Positions 50,707-62,381 are shown, counted from the stretch's first letter. The stretch: DNA of 64,000 nt from an uncultured bacterium (GCA_963736115.1 CAVTNR010000008.1:96001-160000); one strand, 5' to 3'. The notes: generated from the letters alone by a model not told the origin. A program made the numbers and translations.

Positions 50707-51729
50707 ATGATCCGGCTCAGGATCCTCTCCCCCAGACGCTCCACGGACCGGCATTTCCGGTTCAGGCGGCCCGGTCTTTTCCGCTTCCGCGTATCGGAAG
50801 AGGAATGGACGGATGCCGTCCGCGGGCGCGTCATTCCGGTTCGTCTCTACCGACCGGTTTCCGCTCCGGGCCCGAGGCCGGCCGTGTTCTTCTCGCACGG
50901 GCTGGGCGGCTCCGCGGATTCATACGATTATCTCGGACGGCACTGGGCCGGTCACGGATTCCTGTCCGTTCATCCCGTGCACGCGGGCACGGATAACCGC
51001 ATTTTTACCGGCCCCCTGGATGCGGCCGAAGCCATGCGGCGTGCCGCGGCCGATCCCGGACAATGGCTGTCGCGGCCGGAGGACATCCGGTTCTGCGCGG
51101 ACCGGATGTTGCGGATGTCCGCCGATCCTTCCTCCCCCTGGCGCGGGAGCGTCGATCCGGAACGGCTCGCGGCAGCGGGCCATTCAATGGGCGCCACCAC
51201 GGCGCAGGCCTGCGCGGGCCGTCTGCTTCGCGACGGGGCAGGGAACCCGCGGGGTTTCAGGGATGAGAGAATGCGCGTCTGCCTCGCCCTGAGCCCCTCT
51301 TCAGGGGGGCCTGAGCTTGCGGCCGGGGAGTACGGAGATTTCCGTGTTCCCTGCATTCACATGACCGGAACGCGGGACGCCAGCCCGATCGGCGGCACGC
51401 GGCTGGAACACAGGCGGGTGCCCTATGACGCCATCCGAAGCGGCGACCAGTTTCTGGTGACCTTCCGGGATCTGGATCACATGGCCTTCACGGAGCGCAG
51501 GCGTTCGGCTGACCGCGTCCGGCCGAGACGTCCTCTCTTTCGGAATTATTTTGCCGGAAAGAGGGATGGGCGGACCGTTCAAATCCAGGCGTTTCACGAA
51601 GGCATCCGGGCCGCGGCCACCGCTTTTCTGTGCGCGTTCCTGGCAGGCGAAGTTGATACGGCCGAGTGGCTTCGGTCCGGCGGGCTGGCGGAGCTTCTCG
51701 GAGACGCGGCTGCGGTGGAGATGAAGTGA
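50707..51729 (+). CDS. Alpha/beta hydrolase (predicted dienelactone hydrolase-like)
   Basis: FSHGLGGS, GHSMG, TGTRD, DHMAF. Confidence 0.82.
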   Translation: MIRLRILSPRRSTDRHFRFRRPGLFRFRVSEEEWTDAVRGRVIPVRLYRPVSAPGPRPAVFFSHGLGGSADSYDYLGRHWAGHGFLSVHPVHAGTDNRIFTGPLDAAEAMRRAAADPGQWLSRPEDIRFCADRMLRMSADPSSPWRGSVDPERLAAAGHSMGATTAQACAGRLLRDGAGNPRGFRDERMRVCLALSPSSGGPELAAGEYGDFRVPCIHMTGTRDASPIGGTRLEHRRVPYDAIRSGDQFLVTFRDLDHMAFTERRRSADRVRPRRPLFRNYFAGKRDGRTVQIQAFHEGIRAAATAFLCAFLAGEVDTAEWLRSGGLAELLGDAAAVEMK

Positions 51730-51944
51730 CGGACTCCGGATAAAAAAAATGGAAGACGGATTGAACGGATGCCGTCGCAATGCGGGACCCATCGATGAAA
51801 CTTTTATGAGCACTGAAGGCTGGCGGCGCGGAATGACACGGATAAAGAATGGGGATGGGGTTATTCGATGATTCGGTTCCGTTCAAACTCCGCCTGGTAT
51901 GAACGAATGGAGCAAGGACGGACTTTCAGAGCCGCGAAGTCAGG

Positions 51945-51968
51945 GTAGCCGCACCCTTCAGGGTGCGT
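51945..51968 (+). repeat. GTAG-type REP hairpin
   Basis: GTAGCCGCACCCTTCAGGGTGCG. Confidence 0.5.
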
Positions 51969-52065
51969 GTTAAAAAAACGAATCTCATTGCTTTGCTCCC
52001 GCGTTGCGTGGAATAAGTGAGCGATCAGATTCATAGGATGAATGTTTTAAACCAGAGGTCGGAGT

Positions 52066-53247
52066 ATGAATCGTAACAACAACGCTTTTTTTCCCGCACC
52101 CGGCGAGGCGGACAACATTCATTTTCTGAATGTGAATGAGGATGACTGCATGCGGTGCGGCAAATGTGAAGGCGTCTGCCCGACGGGCGCCATCGCGCGA
52201 ACCCTGCCGGAGACTCCCTGGTGCGTTCACCACATCCCCAATCCGGCGGCCTGCATCGCCTGCGGTCAGTGCCTGAAGGGGTGTCCCGAATCCGCGATTC
52301 AGGAGACCGTCTCTTTCATGGATGAAATCCGGCGGAAACTCGCGGATCCGGACGTGGTCACCGTGGCCATGCCCGCGCCGTCGATCCGCTACACGCTGGG
52401 GGAGGCGTTCGGGGACGACGCGCCGCGGTACGAGGCGGGCCGGATGTTCGCCGCGCTCCGGAGGCTCGGATTCGACAAGGTCTGGGACGTTGAATTCGGC
52501 GCGGATCTGACGATTCTGGAGGAAAGCGCCGAACTTCTGGGCCGGATTCGGGGCGAGCTGGACCGGCCGCTGCCTCTCCTGACCTCGTGCTGTCCCGGAT
52601 GGGTCCGTTTCGTGGAAACGTACCATCCCACGCTCATCCCCAACCTCTCAACCGCGCGTTCCCCGGCCCAGATGCTCGGCGTGATCGCCAAAACCAGGGG
52701 CGCGTCGCAGATCGGAGTGAGCGCGGACAATCTCTACACGGTCCAGATCATGCCCTGCATCGCCAAGAAATTCGAGGAATTGAGGATCGAAAACGCGAAG
52801 TCCGGATTTCGGGATATTGACGCCACGATCAATACGCGCGAGCTCATCCAGTGGCTCAAGGACTCGGCCGTGGATTTCGACGTCCTGCCGGAAGAGCAGG
52901 CGGATGATCCTTTCCGCGCATCCACCGGCGCGGCGACCATCTTCGGGGCGACCGGCGGCGTCATGGAAGCCGCGCTCCGCCGCGTGACGGAAGAACTGGA
53001 CGGAAGACCGCTGGAAAACGTGGAATTCCGATCCGTCCGGGGTACCGAAGGGGTTCGTGAGGCGGAAATCACGGCGGGCGGACAGACGTTCAAGGTCGCG
53101 GTCGTGAGCGGCGCGATCAACGCCGGTCCGGTCTGCGCGGCCATCAAGGCGGGAACGTCCCCCTACGCGGCGGTCGAAGTGATGGCTTGTCCGGGCGGCT
53201 GTCTCAACGGCGGCGGTCAACCCATTGAAAAAGAATATACAACTTGA
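52066..53247 (+). CDS. hydA: [FeFe]-hydrogenase group A large subunit (2x[4Fe-4S] + H-cluster domain)
   Basis: CMRCGKCEGVCP, CIACGQCLKGCP, TSCCPGW, MPCIAKKFE, EVMACPGGCLNGGGQP. Confidence 0.95.
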   Translation: MNRNNNAFFPAPGEADNIHFLNVNEDDCMRCGKCEGVCPTGAIARTLPETPWCVHHIPNPAACIACGQCLKGCPESAIQETVSFMDEIRRKLADPDVVTVAMPAPSIRYTLGEAFGDDAPRYEAGRMFAALRRLGFDKVWDVEFGADLTILEESAELLGRIRGELDRPLPLLTSCCPGWVRFVETYHPTLIPNLSTARSPAQMLGVIAKTRGASQIGVSADNLYTVQIMPCIAKKFEELRIENAKSGFRDIDATINTRELIQWLKDSAVDFDVLPEEQADDPFRASTGAATIFGATGGVMEAALRRVTEELDGRPLENVEFRSVRGTEGVREAEITAGGQTFKVAVVSGAINAGPVCAAIKAGTSPYAAVEVMACPGGCLNGGGQPIEKEYTT

Positions 53248-53260
53248 TGCGAGGTCTCTG

Positions 53261-53878
53261 ATGAGTGAAGCCATCAATGAAAAACGGACGGTCACCCGCC
53301 GCGATTTTCTCAAGATATCAGGCGTCATTTCCGCGCTGATCGTGACGGGCATCAAGTCCGCCGCGCACGCGGCGCAGAAGGCGGTTGAAAACTTTCTGGC
53401 GCGGATAGAGGCCGCGTACGCGCAGGATGCCGCAATGCCCCTCCGCAAGTCGCAGGACAATCCGCAGCTGCAGAGCCTGTACGCGGACTTCCTCGGCCGG
53501 CCGCTCGGCGGGATGTCCGAAAGCCTTCTGCATACCAGCTACACGGACCGTTCCTCGGCCGTCTCCGTGGCACGGCCGGGGGCCGTCCGTTCCCTGCCCG
53601 AGTCTCCGGTGATCGAGTCGGTCTATCCGAATCCGTTCAACGCATCGGCTGAAATCGAATTCCGCATATCCGCGCCGGGAATGGTATGGCTCGCGGTTTT
53701 CAACGCCGCGGGACAGCGGGTGCGCTCGCTCGCGGAAGAGCGCATGCCGGCGGGAGACCACCGGATCCGGTGGGACGGAAAGGACTCCTACGGCAGGAGC
53801 GCCCCGTCCGGGATATACATCGCCCGGCTTGTATCGGGATCGCGGACGGCCGCGATCCGCATGACGCTGATGAAATGA
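53261..53878 (+). CDS. hydB: [FeFe]-hydrogenase small subunit with Tat signal, fused to a FlgD-Ig/T9SS-type C-terminal domain
   Basis: TRRDFLK; RIEAAYAQD...RKSQDNP...LY..FLGRPLG...LLHTSY; then YPNPFNAS...VFNAAGQRVRSL...WDGKD...SGIY..RL...MTLMK. Confidence 0.9.
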   Translation: MSEAINEKRTVTRRDFLKISGVISALIVTGIKSAAHAAQKAVENFLARIEAAYAQDAAMPLRKSQDNPQLQSLYADFLGRPLGGMSESLLHTSYTDRSSAVSVARPGAVRSLPESPVIESVYPNPFNASAEIEFRISAPGMVWLAVFNAAGQRVRSLAEERMPAGDHRIRWDGKDSYGRSAPSGIYIARLVSGSRTAAIRMTLMK

Positions 53879-53889
53879 TGCCGAATGAT

Positions 53890-54137
53890 GAATCTGACAG
53901 CGAGCGCATTTCCCGGCTTCGCCGGACCAAGCAACCGGATTCTTTCTCATTGAAGGCCCGCGGCTTGTCTTCAACAAGCAGGCATATAATAGCTTGATCC
54001 CGCGCAGCGGGCCGCGGGGTAAGCGAGCGAATATCAGATGTCTCTTCTCTACAGATAGAAGATTCCCCGCCGCTTGCCTTCAAACAGAAGGCATATAATA
54101 GCTTGGTCCCGCGAAGCGGGCGGCGGGGAGCTTCAAT
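53890..54137 (+). mobile_element. Repeat family A with 3 micro-element insertions
   Basis: Matches 34660-34777 once 53912-53956, 53968-54011 and 54077-54120 are removed. Confidence 0.82.
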
Positions 54138-54222
54138 GGCGGAAGGCGGAAGAAAGCCGGATGATCCTCGCCCGTATGCTTTGAACCTTGAACTTTGAAC
54201 TATTACTGGAGGGAGGGCTTCC

Positions 54223-54669
54223 ATGGACTTCGACTCTTTTATGTCCCGTTATTTCTGGATCGTCCTTCCCGTTTTCTGGGTTCTCATGTGCCGGCTGGTC
54301 GCCCGGATAAGCGGATGGAATGCCCTGGCCGAATCCTACGCGGCCCAGTCCGACGCCACTGGAACGATTCTCCGGTTCCAGAGCGGTTCCTTCCGCTGGA
54401 GCGCCAATTACAGCGGGCTGCTGAATGTCGGAGCGGACAGCAGCGGACTGCACCTGTCCGTGATCATGTTTTTCAAGCCCGGGCATGCGCCGCTGTCCAT
54501 CCCGTGGAGCGACATTCGGGCCGAACCGCATGGCGTGTTCACGCCGGCGGTGCGCCTGACCTTCAGCCGCAATCCGAAATGTCCGCTTTTCATTTCCGGA
54601 AATCTGGCGCAGAGGATCGCAACGATGAGCGGGGGAGGGTTTACGGTGCCGGCGCAAAAGAGTTCATAG
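54223..54669 (+). CDS. Membrane-anchored hypothetical protein
   Basis: GGAGG RBS, N-terminal TM, SGWNALAESY, GHAPLSIPWSDI. Confidence 0.72.
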   Translation: MDFDSFMSRYFWIVLPVFWVLMCRLVARISGWNALAESYAAQSDATGTILRFQSGSFRWSANYSGLLNVGADSSGLHLSVIMFFKPGHAPLSIPWSDIRAEPHGVFTPAVRLTFSRNPKCPLFISGNLAQRIATMSGGGFTVPAQKSS

Positions 54670-54783
54670 TTGATAGTTCATGGTTCATAGTTAGAAAAAC
54701 GTGAAATGTAGCTCTGTTTTTCACTATGAACCATGAACTATCAACTATGAACTGTTTTTTTGTTAACCATGAACTATGAACTT
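54661..54783. repeat. Inverted heptamer arrays
   Basis: AGTTCAT x4 followed by ATGAACT x6 or more. Confidence 0.78.
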
Positions 54784-54793
54784 TTTTTGATAT

Positions 54794-54830
54794 AAAAAAG
54801 CCCCGCCGGTACCGAAACAGGCGGGGCTTT
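54794..54830 (-). terminator. Intrinsic terminator downstream of ligA
   Basis: AAAAAAGCCCCGCC...GGCGGGGCTTT. Confidence 0.7.
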
Positions 54831-54964
54831 CATCCCAGAGAAGGAGGAGGGAACGTTCAATGCCGGAGATTTCGCAATCCATCCGAAATCACCATTAAGA
54901 TACGAATGACGCCCCTCCGCGGTGTTGTTTTTCTGTCATTTTTTGTATTCAATCGTCACGCAGC

Positions 54965-57013
54965 CTACAGGCTGATTTTCAGTTGTCCGCCGGCCTGCGG
55001 TTTTCTCCGTTTCGCCTTTTCCAGCCGTCCGACGAAGGTGTCCTCGTCCATGATCGGGATGCCGAGGTCGAGCGCCTTCCGGTATTTGGATCCGGGCTCC
55101 GCGCCCGCGAGCACGAAGTCGGTGTTCCGGCTGACCGATCCCGTGACCACGCCGCCTTCCGCCTCGATGCGCCGCGCCGCTTCCTCTCGCGTGAAGCCCT
55201 GGAGCGTTCCGGTCAGCACGAAAATACGGCCTTGAAAAACGCCGCCTTCGGACGGCTTTTTCCGTTCCTGCTCCGTCCGGACGCCCGCGGTTTTCAGCTT
55301 TTCCAGAACCTTCCGGTTGCCCTTCCGTGAAAAGAACTGCGCGACGCTGTCCGCGATGACCGGGCCGACGCCCTCCACAGCGGCCAGTTCCTCGGGCGAC
55401 GCGGCCGCGATCGCGTCGATGGAGCCGAAACGGTCCGCGAGCAGGGACGCGACGTTTTCACCCACGTGCCGGATGCCCAGGCTGAACAGCACCCGGTCGA
55501 GCGGCCGCTGTTTTGATTTTTCGACCGCGGCCGTGAGGTTGGCCGCGCTTTTCTCGCCCATGCGGTCGAGCGACGCGAGCTTTTCACGCTTCATCGCATA
55601 GAGGTCGCCGAAATCCGAGACCAGACGGTTTTCGAGGAGCAGGCGGACCACCGCGTCTCCGAGCCCGTCGATGTCCATGGCGCCGCGCGAGGCAAAATGC
55701 GTGATCCGGCGGAGCACCTGGGCGGGGCAGGCGACGTTTTCGCACCGCACCGCGACCTCGTCCTCGGTCCGTGAAACCGGCGAGCCGCAGACCGGGCAGT
55801 CCGCCGGCATTTCGAAGGGCCGAGAGTCTTTGTGCCTTTTCGCGAGCACGACGGACGCGATCTTGGGGATAACGTCGCCGCCCTTTTCGATCAGAACGGT
55901 GTCGCCTTCGCGTATGTCCTTGCGCCGGATTTCCTCCTCGTTGTGCAGTGTGGCGCGGCTGATCGTGGACCCCGCGAGGAAAACGGGAGCGAGTTCGGCC
56001 ACGGGCGTGATCGCGCCGGTCCGGCCGACCTGAAAGTAGATTTTTTTCAGCACGGTCGCGGCCTGGCGCGCCTTGAACTTGTAGGCGACGGCCCAGCGCG
56101 GGCTTTTGGCCGTCACGCCCAGCCGCTCCTGCTGGCCGATGGCGTTGACCTTGACGACCACGCCGTCGATCTCGAAGGGGAGGCTGTCGCGCCGCTCCTC
56201 CCAGCCGCCGCAGAACTCGACCACTTCCCACATGGATTTGCACAGGGCCGAGTGGCGGCTGACCGGAATCCCCAGCTCGCGCAGAATGTGCAGGCGGTCC
56301 AGCTGGGTGCCGGCCGGGACGTCCGCGATCAGCGCGTACGCGGTGAACTGGAGCGGCCGCCGGGCCACCGCCTTCGGATCCTGCAGTTTCAGCGTGCCGC
56401 CCGCGGCGTTGCGGGGATTGGCGAAAAGCTTCTCGTCCAGTTTCTCCTGGTCCCGGTTCATTTTCTCGAATCCGGCCTTGGGGATGTACACCTCGCCCCG
56501 CGCCTCGACGTCCGCCGGCAGTCCGGGATCCGCGAACAACCGGAGCGGGATGGAGCGCACGGTCTTCAGGTTTTCCGTGATGTCGTCTCCGCGTTCGCCG
56601 TCCCCCCGGGTCGCGCCGCGGACGAACCGGCCGGCCTCGTAGACCAGGCTGACCGCGATGCCGTCGAATTTGAGCTCGGCCACGTACTCGACGGGCTCGT
56701 CCGGAAGCGCGTTCCGGATCCGCTTTTCGAACTCCATCAGCTCGTCGGTGGAATACGTGTTCGAGAGGCTCAGCATCGGCGCCGCGTGCGTCACCGCAGG
56801 GAATTCCTTCGTCGGCGCGCCCCCGACACGGCGGGTGGGCGAGTCCGGGGTGACGAGGTCCGGCCGGGCCGCCTCCAGGTCCGAGAGCCGGGCCAGGAGC
56901 CGGTCGTATTCCCGGTCCTGAATCTCCGGATCGTTCAGCACGTAATAGCGGTGATCGTGCCTGCGGATCTCCTCGCGGAGGGATTCGATCTCTTTTTCCA
57001 TGTCGGAAGGCAT
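54965..57013 (-). CDS. ligA: NAD-dependent DNA ligase
   Basis: ELKFDG, ATRGDG, RNAAGG, QVGRTG, zinc finger, BRCT. Confidence 0.97.
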   Translation of the reverse strand: MPSDMEKEIESLREEIRRHDHRYYVLNDPEIQDREYDRLLARLSDLEAARPDLVTPDSPTRRVGGAPTKEFPAVTHAAPMLSLSNTYSTDELMEFEKRIRNALPDEPVEYVAELKFDGIAVSLVYEAGRFVRGATRGDGERGDDITENLKTVRSIPLRLFADPGLPADVEARGEVYIPKAGFEKMNRDQEKLDEKLFANPRNAAGGTLKLQDPKAVARRPLQFTAYALIADVPAGTQLDRLHILRELGIPVSRHSALCKSMWEVVEFCGGWEERRDSLPFEIDGVVVKVNAIGQQERLGVTAKSPRWAVAYKFKARQAATVLKKIYFQVGRTGAITPVAELAPVFLAGSTISRATLHNEEEIRRKDIREGDTVLIEKGGDVIPKIASVVLAKRHKDSRPFEMPADCPVCGSPVSRTEDEVAVRCENVACPAQVLRRITHFASRGAMDIDGLGDAVVRLLLENRLVSDFGDLYAMKREKLASLDRMGEKSAANLTAAVEKSKQRPLDRVLFSLGIRHVGENVASLLADRFGSIDAIAAASPEELAAVEGVGPVIADSVAQFFSRKGNRKVLEKLKTAGVRTEQERKKPSEGGVFQGRIFVLTGTLQGFTREEAARRIEAEGGVVTGSVSRNTDFVLAGAEPGSKYRKALDLGIPIMDEDTFVGRLEKAKRRKPQAGGQLKISL

Positions 57014-57203
57014 GGGGGCTCCTGCATGCGGGGTGGGCGGTGACCCCATAAACTATCACAAAATTTATTCTTAGTCAACAAAATATTTCTTGTTTTCGCG
57101 CGTTTTAAGTAGTATCTTACTGCCCGCGTTTTTGGGCGACGGACCCAAAAGCGGTTTTTTATGCCTTGTGCCAAACAGGAAAGGTGAATAAAAACAACCC
57201 ACT

Positions 57204-59282
57204 ATGTTTACCGACCTCCAGAAACTGCGAAACATCGGGATCAGCGCGCACATCGATTCGGGCAAAACCACGCTCACTGAGCGCATCCTGTTCTACACCA
57301 AGAAAATCCACGCCATCCACGAGGTCCACGACAAGGAGTCCGGCGCCACCATGGATTCCATGGACCTGGAACGCGAGCGCGGCATCACCATATCCTCCGC
57401 CTCCACGAACGTGGAATGGAAGAAATACTCGATCAACATCATCGACACGCCCGGCCACGTGGACTTCACCATCGAGGTCGAGCGGTCGCTCCGCGTCCTC
57501 GACGGCGCCATTCTCGTTCTGTGCGCCATCGGCGGGGTGCAGTCGCAGTCCCTGACCGTGGACCGCCAGATGAAGCGCTACAAGGTGCCGCGCATCGCTT
57601 TCATCAACAAGTGCGACCGCATGGGCGCTGACCCCGACCGCGTCGTCAACCAAATGAAGGACAAGCTGGGCGACAACGCGGTGCTGATGCAGATTCCCAT
57701 CGGCCTCGAGTCGGCCTTTGAGGGCGTCATCGACCTGATCCGCATGAAAGCGCACTATTTCGACGGGGCGAACGGCGAAATAGTGAGGGAGGAGGAAATC
57801 CCCGCCGCCCTGGTGGAGAAGGCGAAAGCCAAGCGCGACGTGATGCTCGACACAGTGTCGCTGTTCAGCGACCGCCTCATGGAGGCGTACCTCGAGGACC
57901 GGGTCGAAGAGGACATGATCCACGAGGCCGTCCGGAAGGGGACGCTCTCGCTCGGCCTCACCCCGGTGTATGTCGGGTCCGCGTTCAAGAACAAGGGCGT
58001 TCAGCTCCTGCTCGACGCGGTGCTGGCCTATCTGCCCGGCCCCGCGGACGTGAAGAACACGGCCCTGGACCTGGACCACGAAGAGGCGCCGGTCGAGCTG
58101 AAGTCCGATGTCGAGGCGCCGCTGGTCATGATCGCGTTCAAGCTCGACGACACCCGGTACGGCCAGCTCACCTACGTCCGGATCTATCAGGGGCACGTCC
58201 AGAAGGGCGACGAGATCACGAATTCCAGGACGGGTAAAAGCGTCCGCGTCGGCCGCCTCATCCGGATGCACGCAGACGAGATGGAGGATATCACGGAGGC
58301 GGGCGTCGGGGACATCGTGGCCCTGTTCGGCGTGGATTGCGCGTCGGGCGATACGTTCACCGGCGGCGGCGTCCGGTACGCCATGACCTCGATGTTCGTG
58401 CCGAACCCCGTCATTTCGCTTTCGCTCAAGCCGAAGGACAACAAGTCGCTCGAGGGCATGGCGAAGGCGCTCAACCGGTTCACGAAGGAGGACCCGACCT
58501 TCCAGACCTACGTGGACCCGGAGAGCAACGACACGATCATCCGCGGGATGGGGGAGCTCCACCTCGACATCTACATCGAGCGGATGCGGCGCGAGTACAA
58601 GGTCGAACTCGAGACCGGCGCGCCCCAGGTGGCCTACCGCGAGAGCATCTCGCGGAGCGCCGATTTCGACTACACGCACAAGAAGCAGACGGGCGGCTCC
58701 GGACAGTTCGGCCGGGTCTGCGGCCGCATGGATCCCTTCCACGAGGGAGAATTCGAATTCGCGGACGAGATCAAGGGCGGCTCGATTCCCCTGGAATTCA
58801 TCCCCTCCTGCCGGAAGGGATTCGAGGCCTGCCTCGCCAAGGGGTCGATCATCGGGTTCCCCATCGTGGGCGTGAAAGTCACCCTCAACGACGGGAATTC
58901 GCATGCGGTCGATTCGTCCGACGTAGCGTTCCAGCAGGCGGCCATCGGCGCCTTCCGCCAGGCCTACGGCAAGTGCAAGCCCGTCATCCTCGAGCCGATC
59001 ATGAAGGTCGTCGTGGAGTGCCCCTCCGAGTACCAGGGCACGGCCCTCGGCACCATCAACCAGCGGCGGGGCATCATCCACAGCGCGACGGAGGACAAGA
59101 ACTTTACCGTCATCGAGTCCGAAGTGCCGCTGGCCGAGATGTTCGGCTATTCCACCGTCCTGCGGTCCGCGACCCAGGGCAAGGCCGAATTCACGATGGA
59201 ATTCTCCCAGTACAAGAAAGTGCCGGAATCCATATCCGAGGAACTGATCAAGAAATACGCTGACAAGGCCAAAGGCCGCTAA
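57204..59282 (+). CDS. fusA: Elongation factor G (stand-alone, spdEFG1-like)
   Basis: [39 protein letters not shown]. Confidence 0.96.
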   Translation: MFTDLQKLRNIGISAHIDSGKTTLTERILFYTKKIHAIHEVHDKESGATMDSMDLERERGITISSASTNVEWKKYSINIIDTPGHVDFTIEVERSLRVLDGAILVLCAIGGVQSQSLTVDRQMKRYKVPRIAFINKCDRMGADPDRVVNQMKDKLGDNAVLMQIPIGLESAFEGVIDLIRMKAHYFDGANGEIVREEEIPAALVEKAKAKRDVMLDTVSLFSDRLMEAYLEDRVEEDMIHEAVRKGTLSLGLTPVYVGSAFKNKGVQLLLDAVLAYLPGPADVKNTALDLDHEEAPVELKSDVEAPLVMIAFKLDDTRYGQLTYVRIYQGHVQKGDEITNSRTGKSVRVGRLIRMHADEMEDITEAGVGDIVALFGVDCASGDTFTGGGVRYAMTSMFVPNPVISLSLKPKDNKSLEGMAKALNRFTKEDPTFQTYVDPESNDTIIRGMGELHLDIYIERMRREYKVELETGAPQVAYRESISRSADFDYTHKKQTGGSGQFGRVCGRMDPFHEGEFEFADEIKGGSIPLEFIPSCRKGFEACLAKGSIIGFPIVGVKVTLNDGNSHAVDSSDVAFQQAAIGAFRQAYGKCKPVILEPIMKVVVECPSEYQGTALGTINQRRGIIHSATEDKNFTVIESEVPLAEMFGYSTVLRSATQGKAEFTMEFSQYKKVPESISEELIKKYADKAKGR

Positions 59283-59319
59283 CCCCGGTCCACGGACCGT
59301 CATCCGAAAGGCTTTACGA

Positions 59320-60030
59320 ATGGTAAAAAAAGAACTGAACCAGAGAAGCCCCATCCGTGTCCTCGAGAAGTCGATTCACGGGGGACTGGGTCGGGGCAAC
59401 CTCGGAGTATTTGCATCCAAGAAGGGTGTGGGGAAGACCGCCTGCCTGGCGCATGTCGCGCTCGACTGCCTGCTCCGCGGGGAAAAGGTCCTGCACGTGT
59501 CCTTTTCGGACAACCCCAGTCACATCGAGAGCTGGTACGAGCACGTCTTCCAGGAGATGGCGGCGACCTTCCGGCTCGAGGACGTGAGGGACGTGCACGA
59601 CGAAATCGTTTCCAACCGGCTGATCGTTCATTTCCGGCAGGCCGACCGCACGTTGCAGCAGGTCCGCTCGCACATGGACACGGTCACCGCGGGCTCCGGC
59701 TTCACGCCCGCCGTCATCATCGTTGACGGATTTTCGTTCACGGCCGCGAACGACGCGGACTGGGCGATATGGAAGGAAATCGCGGCCGAACGTAAAGTCG
59801 AGATCTGGTTTTCCGCCTCCCTGCCCCCGGGCGAAATCGTCACGGACGATTCCGGCATTCCGGCGCCGGTGGCCGCGGGCAAGCGCTTTTTTTCGGTGAT
59901 CATTCAGCTCCAACCGATGCAGGACCACATCGATCTGAAACTGCTCAAGGACCGCGACAGCGTCGATCTCGAGAAACTCCGCCTCAAGCTCGATCCGAGG
60001 ACACTCCTGATCGCGAATCACCGCGCGTAA
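59320..60030 (+). CDS. RecA/KaiC-like P-loop ATPase domain protein
   Basis: GGLGRGNLGVFASKKGVGKT and IIVDG. Confidence 0.8.
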   Translation: MVKKELNQRSPIRVLEKSIHGGLGRGNLGVFASKKGVGKTACLAHVALDCLLRGEKVLHVSFSDNPSHIESWYEHVFQEMAATFRLEDVRDVHDEIVSNRLIVHFRQADRTLQQVRSHMDTVTAGSGFTPAVIIVDGFSFTAANDADWAIWKEIAAERKVEIWFSASLPPGEIVTDDSGIPAPVAAGKRFFSVIIQLQPMQDHIDLKLLKDRDSVDLEKLRLKLDPRTLLIANHRA

Positions 60031-60123
60031 CCGGCCGTAAAAGCCGCCGGCGCGTGACCGGCCGCCCAGTGTCCGTTGTTCCCCGGCCCTGAGCCGTGCC
60101 GCCTGCCCGGCTGTTCCCGGAAT

Positions 60124-60163
60124 AAAAAAAGCCGCCCCCTGGTTGGGGCGGCTTTCGTTTTTT
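60124..60163. terminator. Bidirectional intrinsic terminator
   Basis: A7-GCCGCCCC-loop-GGGGCGGC-TTTCGTTTTTT. Confidence 0.75.
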
Positions 60164-60261
60164 CAGATGACGGCCGGAGCTTCGGGTCCTTGGAACTTCG
60201 GGTGCCTGGAATACGGGAACCCGTGAACGCGGGATCGGCGGATTTTTCCCGAGCGGCGGCC

Positions 60262-60418
60262 GAATCTGTCAGCGAGCGTATACCCCGGAGCTTGCCTTAG
60301 CAGGCATCTGTAGATTGGTCCCGCGCAGCGGGACGGGCTCCGGGGTATGCGAGCGAATATAAATTGTCTTTTCTCTACAGATAGAAGATTCCCCGCCGCT
60401 TGCGGCGGGGAGCTTCAA

Positions 60419-60419
<1 letters not shown>
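60262..60419 (+). mobile_element. Repeat family A with one degenerate micro-element insertion
   Basis: Same backbone as 34660 and 53890. Confidence 0.8.
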
Positions 60420-62362
<1,943 letters not shown>

Positions 62363-62381
62363 GAAGACGCCTCCCTTTTCC

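Noticed and set aside
57159-59354. 731-aa minus-strand ORF
   Set aside because: Antisense shadow of fusA caused by codon bias.
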